A DNA stretch of 63,421 bases, filler included. It is 4 parts of 4 records of this genome, joined end to end, with 100 filler letters (N's around TTAATTAATTAA, not from the genome) between each part and the next. Parts side by side here need not be neighbours in the genome. Positions count along the whole stretch, not along the records: positions 1 to 25,430 come from SRR31156797_23345; 3 more parts are not named here. One strand, written 5' to 3'. This document shows, in pieces, positions 1 to 9,105 of this stretch. The notes beneath the pieces are model-generated. The model saw only the letters and a list, made by a program, of their open reading frames with translations. It did no database searches and had not been told where the DNA came from. Within the stretch, counting starts at the first letter, position 1, and each line of letters starts with the position of its first letter. The position numbers and the translations under genes were made by a program.

Positions 1-52
1 GTGACCCCCTGCTTGTAAGGCAGGTGCTCTGAACCAACTGAGCTAAACTCCC
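1..52 (-). tRNA. tRNA-Val(TAC), 3' end truncated by the window edge
   Basis: Reverse complement reads GGGAGTTTAGCTCAGTTGGTTCAGAGCA-CCTGC-CT-TAC-AA-GCAGG-GGGTCAC: D-arm, anticodon stem and TAC anticodon. Confidence 0.93.
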
Positions 53-87
53 AATAACTTTTAGAACTATTTTCCGAAAACGGAGTG

Positions 88-95
88 CAAATGTA
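88..95 (-). promoter_or_regulatory. Bacteroidota -7 promoter element (TACATTTG) upstream of tRNA-Val
   Basis: Matches TAnnTTTG. Equivalent boxes precede other genes: 6140-6147 (+), 14934-14941 (+), 16263-16270 (+), 17658-17665 (+), 19927-19934 (-), 25141-25148 (-), 25362-25369 (+). Confidence 0.7.
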
Positions 96-169
96 CTGCT
101 ATATTTTTTATGACCAAGAAAAATCAGAATTTTTTTTGTCGTTCTTTACAATCAATTCAAGCTGATAAT

Positions 170-199
170 AAAAAACCACACCCTTACGAGTGTGGTTTT
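170..199 (-). terminator. Intrinsic terminator of the aldo/keto reductase gene
   Basis: AAAACCACAC-8nt-GTGTGGTTTT hairpin with A/T tracts, just after the stop at 223. Confidence 0.75.
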
Positions 200-222
200 G
201 AACATTATGATTACAGTGATGG

Positions 223-1248
223 TTATTCTTCTTCAGGTACCCGGCCCTGCTTCTGAAAATCAATCATCCATCCCGGATATTCTTTGGTAAGTGCACTCAC
301 CTCTTCAAGTTTGTCAAGATCATCGGTGGTGAGTTCCACTTTGGTTGATGCAATATTGTCTTCAAGTTGCTCCAAACGCTTCGCACCGATAATCACACTT
401 GTAACTGCTTCCTGATGAAGCACCCAAGCCAAAGCAATTTGAGCTACCGAAACTTTCTTTTCATCAGCAATGCCACGCATTACCTCAACAATTGTATCGG
501 CTTTTTCTTTATCAAGAGGCGGAAAGTCGAATTCAGCACGACGGGCATCTTTTTCGGCATCACCACCAGTGAATTTCCCGGCCATGTAGCCTCCGGCCAA
601 CGGGCTCCAGGGCATCAGCCCCAGGTTTTGATCCTGCATCATGGGGATCAATTCCCGCTCAATATCCCGGGATCCTATGGAATAATAATGCTGGCACGCT
701 TCAAAACGACTCCAGCCATTACCTTCGGCATAAGCATTTGCCTTAATGATTTGCCAGGCAGCATGATTGCTTACCCCGAGGTAGCGCACTTTGCCTGCCC
801 GCACAACATCCTCCAGTCCGCGCATGGTTTCTTCCGGTGGTGTAAACTCATCAAAACCATGGATGTAAAGCAAATCGATGTGGTCCATATCCAACCGGCG
901 CAGACTATCCTCCACTGAATATTGAATATGCAGCCTGGACAGGCCAACCTGGTTGGCGCCTTCGCCCATCCTGCCTCTTACTTTTGTAGCAATAACAATA
1001 TCCTGACGGTTCAAACCCAGCTCTTTAACCGACTGCCCCAGCATTTTTTCTGAAACGCCTTCAGAATAAACATTGGCGGTATCATAAAAATTAATGCCGC
1101 TATCGAAAGATTTTTTGATCAGCTCGTTGGCCTCTGCCTGTTGCTGCTGTCCGATGGGTTTCCAGAATCCATGGCCACCAAAAGTCATGGTGCCAAAACA
1201 AAGCTCAGAAACCAGCACTCCGGTATCTCCTAAAAAGTTGTACTTCAT
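223..1248 (-). CDS. Aldo/keto reductase
   Basis: LCFGTMTFG, GINFYDTANVY, IATKV, DLLYIH, VRYLGVSN and WSPLAGG motifs. Confidence 0.95.
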   Translation of the reverse strand: MKYNFLGDTGVLVSELCFGTMTFGGHGFWKPIGQQQQAEANELIKKSFDSGINFYDTANVYSEGVSEKMLGQSVKELGLNRQDIVIATKVRGRMGEGANQVGLSRLHIQYSVEDSLRRLDMDHIDLLYIHGFDEFTPPEETMRGLEDVVRAGKVRYLGVSNHAAWQIIKANAYAEGNGWSRFEACQHYYSIGSRDIERELIPMMQDQNLGLMPWSPLAGGYMAGKFTGGDAEKDARRAEFDFPPLDKEKADTIVEVMRGIADEKKVSVAQIALAWVLHQEAVTSVIIGAKRLEQLEDNIASTKVELTTDDLDKLEEVSALTKEYPGWMIDFQKQGRVPEEE

Positions 1249-1354
1249 AATTGGAATATTTAATGTTTAAACCAAAGAACAGCAGCAATGAGCAACTGTT
1301 TAATCTGATTTGTAAAGAATTTATAAATGACCTGAATTTGTTTATTATTTTCCA

Positions 1355-1804
1355 TTATCGCTTACCGGTAAAAACCTTTACTATGGCACCCACGATTTTA
1401 AATATCAATGGAAAGGTAATTTTTCGGGTTAAATAGCCAACAACACTTAAACCAGAAATGACAAGGGTTTGTTCTAAAAAATGCTCAGGATTAAAAAGCC
1501 ATCCCAACAATGCCGTAAAAAATGCAATTGCCAAACCAATGTGTCCGGCCAAAACATTTATGGAGGCAAGGTCACGGTTGATTTTCCTGGCATGTTCAGC
1601 CCTCAGCTCATCAGAAATTTCAAGGGGCAGGTCATACTCATCAACCGGGTGCCAGTAGATCATATCCCCATCAATATAAAGCCTGGTAATGAGCCTGTGC
1701 CCCAGGCTGCTATCGGGTGTTTCCCAACTTACCTGGCCGGTGGTTACCAGCTTTTTCAGAAACGGAAAATACCTGAACTGATTTATTTTATCGTTTGATG
1801 CCAA
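1355..1804 (-). CDS. Hypothetical membrane protein with IDGD...H module
   Basis: LITRLYIDGDM...ELRAEH followed by 2-3 hydrophobic helices; last gene of the operon, overlapping the upstream gene. Confidence 0.8.
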   Translation of the reverse strand: MASNDKINQFRYFPFLKKLVTTGQVSWETPDSSLGHRLITRLYIDGDMIYWHPVDEYDLPLEISDELRAEHARKINRDLASINVLAGHIGLAIAFFTALLGWLFNPEHFLEQTLVISGLSVVGYLTRKITFPLIFKIVGAIVKVFTGKR

Positions 1805-2471
1805 CTACAATGCTTTTAACAATGTCTATAAGGCTTTGCCAGTATTTGAGCGACAGGTTGGTATGCTCCTCATGAAGGTCCAACACCACCTGCCTGGGCT
1901 TATTGGCGAAATTTTCCTCGATGCGGGTTACAACATCCCCGTCAATACCAAACCGGGTTTGCATGACAATCCGTTCAGTACCCAAATCGTATAAGCGTTT
2001 GATCATCACCCTGTCGCGTGAATTCATCTCCAGTTCAAAACTACCGAATTCACGCAGATTAACCGTATAAACCGTAGCATCCTGGCCAATTCCATTGCGT
2101 TTTGTGAATGTGATCTCATTTTGCCGTGACCTCAGATAATTGCAAAACGATTTCATGCGCAGGAAAATGATATAATCGCCCTCTTCAATCCGGATGTCTT
2201 CCTTATCCATGTGATCGTTCAGCTTATCCATACTATCATACAGTTGTGTATATGATGCAATATTGTCTTCATCGATCTCAAAATCCACTTCATTTCGCCT
2301 AACGATCACCTGCAACTTTTCCTTGTAGTTCGACAAGAGCACATACAAAACTTCCTCGATGCGTTCAGGCTGAGGCGCAGATGTCATCCCTTTTTTGATA
2401 ATCGTGTTGATCTCAAGATGTGTGAGGTCATCCAGCAACCGGCTGACAACAAATTTGTTTTTATTGTTCAT
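1788..2471 (-). CDS. Hypothetical protein with IDGD...H module
   Basis: N-terminal DDLTHLEINTI and C-terminal MQTRFGIDGDVVTRI...VLDLHEE. Confidence 0.85.
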   Translation of the reverse strand: MNNKNKFVVSRLLDDLTHLEINTIIKKGMTSAPQPERIEEVLYVLLSNYKEKLQVIVRRNEVDFEIDEDNIASYTQLYDSMDKLNDHMDKEDIRIEEGDYIIFLRMKSFCNYLRSRQNEITFTKRNGIGQDATVYTVNLREFGSFELEMNSRDRVMIKRLYDLGTERIVMQTRFGIDGDVVTRIEENFANKPRQVVLDLHEEHTNLSLKYWQSLIDIVKSIVVGIKR

Positions 2472-2473
2472 TA

Positions 2474-2800
2474 CTAAAACATATCCTTAATGGTGGTAAC
2501 AATTGAACCCAGCGCCATAATGTTGCCTTCGATAATTTCGTTGCCTTTGGCTTCGCGCGATTGATGAAACTGCACCAGCTCAGGATATTTTTCATAGAAT
2601 TTTTCAGTGATCTGTGTGGTGATATCGCCATCAATCAAATCAATTTTACTCACGATACCCTGGATTTCCTGACCCGAAACAAAGTCGATGTTGTTGTTGG
2701 CATCAATTTCCAGTTTTCCCATCACAGTCTGGATTTTCAACTGGGTAATGTCTTTGATTCCGTTTTCAACTTTCTGAAGAATTTCGTCTAATTTGCTCAT
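2474..2800 (-). CDS. Hypothetical protein, stand-alone IDGD...H module
   Basis: DITQLKIQTVMG...SKIDLIDGDITTQI...ELVQFHQ. Confidence 0.85.
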   Translation of the reverse strand: MSKLDEILQKVENGIKDITQLKIQTVMGKLEIDANNNIDFVSGQEIQGIVSKIDLIDGDITTQITEKFYEKYPELVQFHQSREAKGNEIIEGNIMALGSIVTTIKDMF

Positions 2801-2844
2801 AATGTATTTTTATTAAGTGTTAAATTTCAATTTATTGGATGAGG

Positions 2845-4458
2845 TTACGCAGCCTCTGACGATAACTCGCGGTATGCCTCTGATATGTTTTTATATATTT
2901 TAATGATGTTAATCAACAGCAGTGGCCAGGTGATGATGCTCACCATGTTGATGATTATTTTGAGAATCCCGGCTACTATGGCCAGTGTAAACTTCATGGA
3001 ATTGATATTGTACCCGACTGTTTCGAGATGTTGTTCCAAAACCTGACTGATCTCCCTGGTGGTTAAACTAACAGAATCACCATCGATGCTGAATTTTGTG
3101 ACGATCATTTCATCACCTTCACGGCTTTGGATGCCCTTTTTACCAAAGATGAAGCTGATGCCATCCAAAAACGCACGGATACCCATCTGTAGGTTTTCGA
3201 AGAAATCCCTGAAAAGCCCTTTCAGCAATCCCCAGGCTTTTTCCACCTTATCCTTCACCCAGTCGAATATTTTTTTCACAAACCGGAACGCTTTTTTAAT
3301 CAACCGTTTTACCCCAAAATAAATACGCTGTAATAAACCTTTACGTTCTTTGGGTTTTTGTTCCGACTCCTTGTAAATATCGGATTTGAGCTGCTGAAGG
3401 TTGGAGCCAAAACTGCGCTGGTCGTCTTCACTGGCCGTTTCGAGTTGCCCTGTGAGGCTTTGAAGAATCATTTCGCCACTGCCACCCTTTTCGTCTTCCA
3501 CCATATATTCCTGCAGGAAGAACAAACTATTAAACACAAAAAATCCCTGGTGAACGTAAGTGATCACACGATGTGTTTTAATTTGTTTGCCATCCGATTC
3601 GTTATAAAAATCGATGGTTTGCAGGAAACCTGATAGTGTGAGATCGCCCATATCGCTGTCGAGCAGCCCGCTGTAAAAACCATCCTGCCACTGGTGAATT
3701 TGCATCAAACGCATGATAAAACGTTTGAAAGGATCGGCTGCCTCCCTTTGCAGGAAACCAAAATCAACCTTCTTAGGCTTGTTTTTCAGGATGTTTTTTG
3801 CAAGGTGCCTGACAAAATCTGTGCGTTCGCCAAAATCCTCAATCACCTGGCGCTTGAAGGCATTTCTCCGGTCGAGCTTCTTTTTCGTTTCGTCCTTCAC
3901 CTTTGGCGACCTGAAAATCAGAATGAACTTTTCGGGCGGGTTATTTTCCAGCAAATGCCTGGTGAATTGTTCAATGTCGGCAATTTTGTTTATGACCTCA
4001 AGGCTATCGCAACCGGCATAGCCGGCAATTTCACCCAGCTTTTGCATTGACAGGCCGGAAAACGGCAGGGACACATCATGCGGCCAAACCCCAAAAAGAT
4101 CGAGCCTGTAATGTATCATTCGCGATAGCAAATCAATTGTTCCAACAGCAGGTAGCTGTTCGATTATAATGCCTTCATCGATATCCGTAATTTTGCGTAA
4201 AAGCGTACTCAGCATAAAATCATTTCCCCGGATGGATAGAAACCTGATCTGATCGTCGGAGAACAACCCGGAACTTTTCACATCATCCAAAAAATGATCA
4301 CGCGCCTTTTTCACATCAGCAACCATAAGTGCATTGGCTTTAAGCAATGGGATATATCCCAGCTCCAGCAGATGCTGTGTGATTTCGTTTTTCGGCGAAG
4401 GCAGCGTTTCAAGCTCCTTTTCGAATTGCGAAAAGATATATGCTGAAAGGTCGGACAT
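2845..4458 (-). CDS. Hypothetical protein: peptidoglycan-binding-like motif, amphipathic helix, IDGD...H module, C-terminal hydrophobic helices
   Basis: MQIHQWQDGFYSGLLDSDMGDLT resembles the PG_binding_1 pattern; VTKFSIDGDSV...VLEQH; C-terminal LAIVAGILKIIINMVSIITWPLLLINII. Confidence 0.8.
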   Translation of the reverse strand: MSDLSAYIFSQFEKELETLPSPKNEITQHLLELGYIPLLKANALMVADVKKARDHFLDDVKSSGLFSDDQIRFLSIRGNDFMLSTLLRKITDIDEGIIIEQLPAVGTIDLLSRMIHYRLDLFGVWPHDVSLPFSGLSMQKLGEIAGYAGCDSLEVINKIADIEQFTRHLLENNPPEKFILIFRSPKVKDETKKKLDRRNAFKRQVIEDFGERTDFVRHLAKNILKNKPKKVDFGFLQREAADPFKRFIMRLMQIHQWQDGFYSGLLDSDMGDLTLSGFLQTIDFYNESDGKQIKTHRVITYVHQGFFVFNSLFFLQEYMVEDEKGGSGEMILQSLTGQLETASEDDQRSFGSNLQQLKSDIYKESEQKPKERKGLLQRIYFGVKRLIKKAFRFVKKIFDWVKDKVEKAWGLLKGLFRDFFENLQMGIRAFLDGISFIFGKKGIQSREGDEMIVTKFSIDGDSVSLTTREISQVLEQHLETVGYNINSMKFTLAIVAGILKIIINMVSIITWPLLLINIIKIYKNISEAYRELSSEAA

Positions 4459-4856
4459 TAGAATTTTACCAGATCTGTTACCATTGTGATCACCGCCTGG
4501 CGTGATGCCTTTGATGATTCGATCATTTCCTTGTGGAGCTTGAGCAATTCGTTGTCGTCCTGCGAAAGGTCACTTTTAACGATGGTTGTCACATCCGAAT
4601 CAATTTTCACGTTGGTATAAGCCACCAGCTTTAGGTCAGTGGAATTATCAAGCGACATGTGCTTGAGCACGTTGCTGATCCGGGCCTTATCCACATCATT
4701 TTGTACCATCTGTTTAGAGGTGTAGGAGAAATCTCCTGTGAAGGTTGAAACCTCCAGCGAAGCTGCATCGGCAATTACATCGCCAATATTCGACAGCAGC
4801 TTCTGAAAGCCGGTTTTGAGCTTTTTTTGCCCAAGTTTTTCGTTTTCGTTTGCCAT
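4458..4856 (-). CDS. Hypothetical protein, stand-alone IDSD...H module
   Basis: DAASLEVSTFTG...AYTNVKIDSDVTTIV...ELLKLHKE; 1-nt overlap with the next gene. Confidence 0.85.
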   Translation of the reverse strand: MANENEKLGQKKLKTGFQKLLSNIGDVIADAASLEVSTFTGDFSYTSKQMVQNDVDKARISNVLKHMSLDNSTDLKLVAYTNVKIDSDVTTIVKSDLSQDDNELLKLHKEMIESSKASRQAVITMVTDLVKF

Positions 4857-4894
4857 AATGAATTGTATTTTGTTTGGATTATAACTTCGTTAAC

Positions 4895-5563
4895 CTATCG
4901 TTGAAATATATTCTCAATTAATGTCTGTGTACCTTTTCCATAAACACCGTCAATTTTTTTTCCTTCAGCTTTTTGCAAGGCCTGGAGCGTGGAAGCTGTG
5001 CGCGGCCCAAAAACACCATCAACAGCACCACAGTTGTAACCAAGATCGTTGAGCACCTGCTGAAGTTTTTTTACTTCTTCGCCACGGCTGCCAACTTTAA
5101 GCAGTGGGTCACCCGAAGGTATCTCCAGGTTACCTTCGATAGCAAGTCTTCTATAACCAAGCACTTTGTCTTTGTCATACCCCTGAATTGAAACACTGTT
5201 CTTTTGGTTTCCTCCCAGGGTGAATACCTGCTTTAAATCTTTTGAAAAGCCAACAAAAATGCCCACGTGGCCTTTCCAGGAGCGTACATTATCACGCCAA
5301 AAAATAACAATATCGCCGGGAACCGGATTATCAACCGGCAGTCCGACTGTGAGCCAGCTTCGGGCATTTGCCTTGTGGGTTCGCTGCAGGCCGGCCTTCA
5401 AACAGCACCAGTTTACAAATATGCTGCACCAGGGTGTTTCGTCATCGGTTATATTTTTAAACCCGGCTTCCTGCGCATAATCAACAATACGTGCAGTATC
5501 CTTATCACCTTTTATTTCTTTTACGCCAATTTCGGCAGCTGCAATTTGAAAAAGGTTTTTCAT
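4895..5563 (-). CDS. TIGR02594-family (NlpC/P60/CHAP-like) peptidoglycan hydrolase with C-terminal PG-binding domain
   Basis: DETPWCSIFVNWC and GHVG catalytic Cys/His motifs, LGGNQ; C-terminal GSRGEEVKKLQQVLNDLGY..VDGVFGPRT. Confidence 0.9.
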   Translation of the reverse strand: MKNLFQIAAAEIGVKEIKGDKDTARIVDYAQEAGFKNITDDETPWCSIFVNWCCLKAGLQRTHKANARSWLTVGLPVDNPVPGDIVIFWRDNVRSWKGHVGIFVGFSKDLKQVFTLGGNQKNSVSIQGYDKDKVLGYRRLAIEGNLEIPSGDPLLKVGSRGEEVKKLQQVLNDLGYNCGAVDGVFGPRTASTLQALQKAEGKKIDGVYGKGTQTLIENIFQR

Positions 5564-6173
5564 TATGAATTGATTTTATTGAATAATGGGCTTTATGCTA
5601 AATATAGCCTGTTGCGCTTGCTATTTAGAAAGGATAAAAGTAAGCCTATTATTTATAAATATGCAGATCGATTATGTAAAAGAATGTTAATCTTGAATTT
5701 CAAGGTTTTAGGGTTTCTAACCGATCTAGGCTTTGATTAAAAATATTGTGTCTAAAAAACTGTTGTACCACATTAACACACATGAAATTTTCATTTTTTA
5801 GGTTGGCTTCCAGTGCGATGACAAACTGCATTCATTAGAAATTTTATCATCGAATTGTCCTCTGCCAACGGCAGGAAAATTTATGGAACGGGTTGAGTCA
5901 GATGATGATTAAACAATGTGCTATTTGCCTAATCATCAATCTTACTCAAAACCACCATATTCAATTTAAGCGCCACTATTTGCCGTTTTATTCAATAGAG
6001 CATAAAACAGCGAACATAGGTTGAGCGTTTATACAATTATTCGAAATGTAATTGAATGGCCTCCAAAATATTTTTTTCTTATTTATTTGGCCAAATCAAC
6101 TAAACGGCCGGATCGCTGGAATAAAACATTAAAAAAGTTTACATTTGAAACCCAATAACAAACACAATATCAA

Positions 6174-7409
6174 ATGGTAATCATCGACCGCTGGGAAGAG
6201 GTCATCAGTACAATCAGGAAAAACAAGCTCCGGACTTTTCTAACGGGGTTTAGCGTTGCCTGGGGGATTTTCATGCTGATCATACTGCTCGGATCAGGTC
6301 ATGGCCTGGAAAACGGTGTCCGCGACCAGTTCAAATCGTCAGCAACCAATACCTTATGGATTTGGGGTGGCCAGACCACTAAACCATACAAAGGGCTGCA
6401 GCCCGGCCGCAGTATTGATTTTGAAAACGAGGATTACGAGCACATAAAGAATAATGTCGATGGAATTGACCTGATTTCAGGACGGTTAAACCTGTGGGGT
6501 GATAACACCATATCCTATAAAAACAATTTTGGCGATTTCAGTATGAGAACTGTTCACCCCGACTATAAAATCATCGAGAAGGTGAATATGCTCGAAGGCA
6601 GGTTCATCAATAATTTCGATATTCAAAAAAGCCTGAAAGTGGTTAGTATCGGTGTACAGGTTAGAGATGCACTTTTTAAGCATGGCGAGGAAGCCATGGG
6701 AAAATACATCAATATTAAAGGCATTCCTTTTAAGGTGATCGGTGTATTTGAAGATGATGACGGCAGGCAGGACAACCAGCGCACAGTTTATCTGCCGGTA
6801 ACCACTGGCCAAAAAGTTTTTTATGGCCGGGACAGGCTCCAAACCCTTGCCGCTACTGTTGGGGCTGCTTCGGTTGAAGAAAGCAAAATGATTGAAGAAG
6901 TGATCCGCGATGATATGTCTACGATGAAAAAGTTTGACAAAACCGATGAGAACGCCATGTTTATCTGGAACAGCGTGGAAGAATTCAAACAATTTCTGGA
7001 TTTATTTGCGGCAATCCGGATGTTCATCTGGATTATTGGGATCGGGACGATCATAGCCGGAATTGTCGGGGTAAGCAACATCATGATGATCGCCGTGAAA
7101 GAACGCACAAAAGAAATTGGCATCCGAAAATCCATGGGCGCTACACCGGCTTCTATTATTTTACTCATTATGCAGGAGTCCGTTTTTATTACAGCACTTG
7201 CAGGTTATATTGGCCTGGTAATTGGGGTGGGTTTGCTTGAACTGGTTTCCCCGTACATTCAAACAGAATTTTTCCGGAATCCTGAGGCTAACCTCGGTAT
7301 TGCCATCAGTGCGACGGTTTTATTGATTATTGCAGGAATGATAGCAGGGTATGTGCCGGCAAAGCGTGCAGCATCCATAAAACCTGTTGAGGCATTGCGG
7401 GATGAGTAA
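6174..7409 (+). CDS. ABC transporter permease (MacB/FtsX family)
   Basis: NKLRTFLT, large periplasmic loop, GVSNIMMIAVKERTKEIGIRKSMGA, C-terminal PVEALRDE. Confidence 0.93.
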   Translation: MVIIDRWEEVISTIRKNKLRTFLTGFSVAWGIFMLIILLGSGHGLENGVRDQFKSSATNTLWIWGGQTTKPYKGLQPGRSIDFENEDYEHIKNNVDGIDLISGRLNLWGDNTISYKNNFGDFSMRTVHPDYKIIEKVNMLEGRFINNFDIQKSLKVVSIGVQVRDALFKHGEEAMGKYINIKGIPFKVIGVFEDDDGRQDNQRTVYLPVTTGQKVFYGRDRLQTLAATVGAASVEESKMIEEVIRDDMSTMKKFDKTDENAMFIWNSVEEFKQFLDLFAAIRMFIWIIGIGTIIAGIVGVSNIMMIAVKERTKEIGIRKSMGATPASIILLIMQESVFITALAGYIGLVIGVGLLELVSPYIQTEFFRNPEANLGIAISATVLLIIAGMIAGYVPAKRAASIKPVEALRDE

Positions 7410-7447
7410 TTGCGGAGCGCATAGGTCCGGAAAAGTTTAAGAAGGAC

Positions 7448-7503
7448 GAGTATTGGTGTATTGGAGTATTGGTGCGTTGGTATAATGGAGTATTACCAGA
7501 ATG
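7448..7503. repeat. Degenerate 8-bp tandem repeat (7 units)
   Basis: GAGTATTG GTGTATTG GAGTATTG GTGCGTTG GTATAATG GAGTATTA CCAGAATG. Confidence 0.75.
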
Positions 7504-7549
7504 GAAAGTCAAGGTTTAATAATAATCGCTTTTTACAAAAACGCATGAC

Positions 7550-7669
7550 AACAATCCAATAATGAATAACGATAACAAATAACTTAATAACGAATAATGC
7601 CGAGCGAAGCTCAAGCGTGTTTCGAATCCCCGGATTCGAGAATCGGAGACTCGAAGCGTAGCTCCGGCA
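7550..7669. repeat. AAYRAAT-like short tandem array followed by a nested palindromic element
   Basis: AATGAAT AACGAT AACAAAT AACTTAAT AACGAAT, then TGCCGAGC...TCGAATCC-CC-GGATTCGA...GCTCCGGCA. Confidence 0.6.
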
Positions 7670-7710
7670 CCATTCACTCGATAACCTATTAACGAAATAT
7701 CAAATTATAA

Positions 7711-8985
7711 ATGCGAATTTTTGACCCGGACCTTTGGCAGGAAATATTCCACACACTCAAAAAGAACAAGCTCCGCACGTTCATGACAGCCTTTGGTGTG
7801 TTTTGGGGAATTTTTATGCTTATCATCATGCTGGGTTCTGGTAAAGGACTCGAAAATGGCGTTACCAGCGGAATGGGAAACTTTGCTACCAACAGCATTT
7901 TTGTTTGGGGACAACGCACAACAATGCCATACAAAGGCCTGCCCCGTGGCCGTTATGTCAATTTCAGAAACGACGATATTGAGGCCTTGCGACAAAACAT
8001 TCCCGAAATCAAATACCTGGCTCCCAAAATACAAGGTTGGTCATCCGGAGATGGCTCGAATAACGTTGTACGTGACGATAAAACAGGGGCATTTTCAATT
8101 TTAGGAGAATTCCCTGAATGGAATAAAATTGATCCGATGGATATTTTCGAAGGCAGGTTCATCAACCAAAAGGATATTGAGGAACGTCGAAAAGTTGCCG
8201 TGATCGGCACCCGGGTAAAGGAAATTCTATTTGAGGAAGGCGATGATCCGGTCGGTGAGTATATTCGCATCCAGGGTGTTTATTTTAAGGTGGTGGGTGT
8301 TTTTAAACCCCTAAACACCAACATCAATTTTGGAGGAGAAAAGGAACAAAGTATCTACCTTCCATTTACCACATTGCAAAAAACCTACAACTACGGTGAT
8401 GTTGTTGGCTGGTTTTCGATAACATCAGAGGATGACGTGCATGCTTCAGAGATGGAAACGAAGGTGCTTGATTTTCTTGCCCGGCGCCACGATATCCATC
8501 CTGATGATCATGAGGCTTTCGGGCATTTCAACCTCGAAGAAGAGTTCCAGCAAATGCGTGGGTTGTTTACCGGAATTAAAGGATTAATTTGGGTTGTGGG
8601 TATCGGCACTTTGCTTGCCGGTGTTATCGGCATCAGCAACATCATGCTGGTGATCGTGAAAGAACGTACCCGCGAAATCGGCATTCAGCGTGCCATCGGC
8701 GCAACGCCTGTTTATGTGATGGGACAAATCATCATCGAATCTATCCTGTTGACTTCCGTTGCAGGGTACATTGGGTTGGTTTTTGGTGTGTTGTTGGTTG
8801 AGGGCATCAACTATGCCCTGGTCAATTTTGGTGCCGAAAATGAAATGTTTAAGAAGCCGGAGGTCGACTTTCAAATTGCGATTACGGCACTTGTCGTCCT
8901 CATTATCTCCGGGGCTTTTGCCGGACTCATACCGGCCCGCCGTGCAGTAAAAGTAAGGCCGATTGATGCACTGAGGGATGAATAA
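7711..8985 (+). CDS. ABC transporter permease (MacB/FtsX family)
   Basis: Paralog of 6174-7409; GISNIMLVIVKERTREIGIQRAIGA, PIDALRDE. Confidence 0.93.
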   Translation: MRIFDPDLWQEIFHTLKKNKLRTFMTAFGVFWGIFMLIIMLGSGKGLENGVTSGMGNFATNSIFVWGQRTTMPYKGLPRGRYVNFRNDDIEALRQNIPEIKYLAPKIQGWSSGDGSNNVVRDDKTGAFSILGEFPEWNKIDPMDIFEGRFINQKDIEERRKVAVIGTRVKEILFEEGDDPVGEYIRIQGVYFKVVGVFKPLNTNINFGGEKEQSIYLPFTTLQKTYNYGDVVGWFSITSEDDVHASEMETKVLDFLARRHDIHPDDHEAFGHFNLEEEFQQMRGLFTGIKGLIWVVGIGTLLAGVIGISNIMLVIVKERTREIGIQRAIGATPVYVMGQIIIESILLTSVAGYIGLVFGVLLVEGINYALVNFGAENEMFKKPEVDFQIAITALVVLIISGAFAGLIPARRAVKVRPIDALRDE

Positions 8986-9015
8986 TTGAATTGCGTTGAT
9001 CAAACAAGAAAATAT

Positions 9016-9049
9016 AAAAACAAGCCGGACTCAGATGAGCCCGGCTGTT
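9016..9049. terminator. Probable bidirectional terminator between convergent genes
   Basis: AGCCGG...CCGGCT hairpin preceded by an A-tract. Confidence 0.55.
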
Positions 9050-9105
9050 ATGAAAATGAAAAAAGTATAAGAAAACGAGTGCTGTCGCAATCCGGTGTGC
9101 AATTG

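Noticed and set aside
7448-7600. Short tandem arrays as a possible CRISPR
   Set aside because: Period is 6-8 bp with no spacers; no cas genes anywhere in the window.
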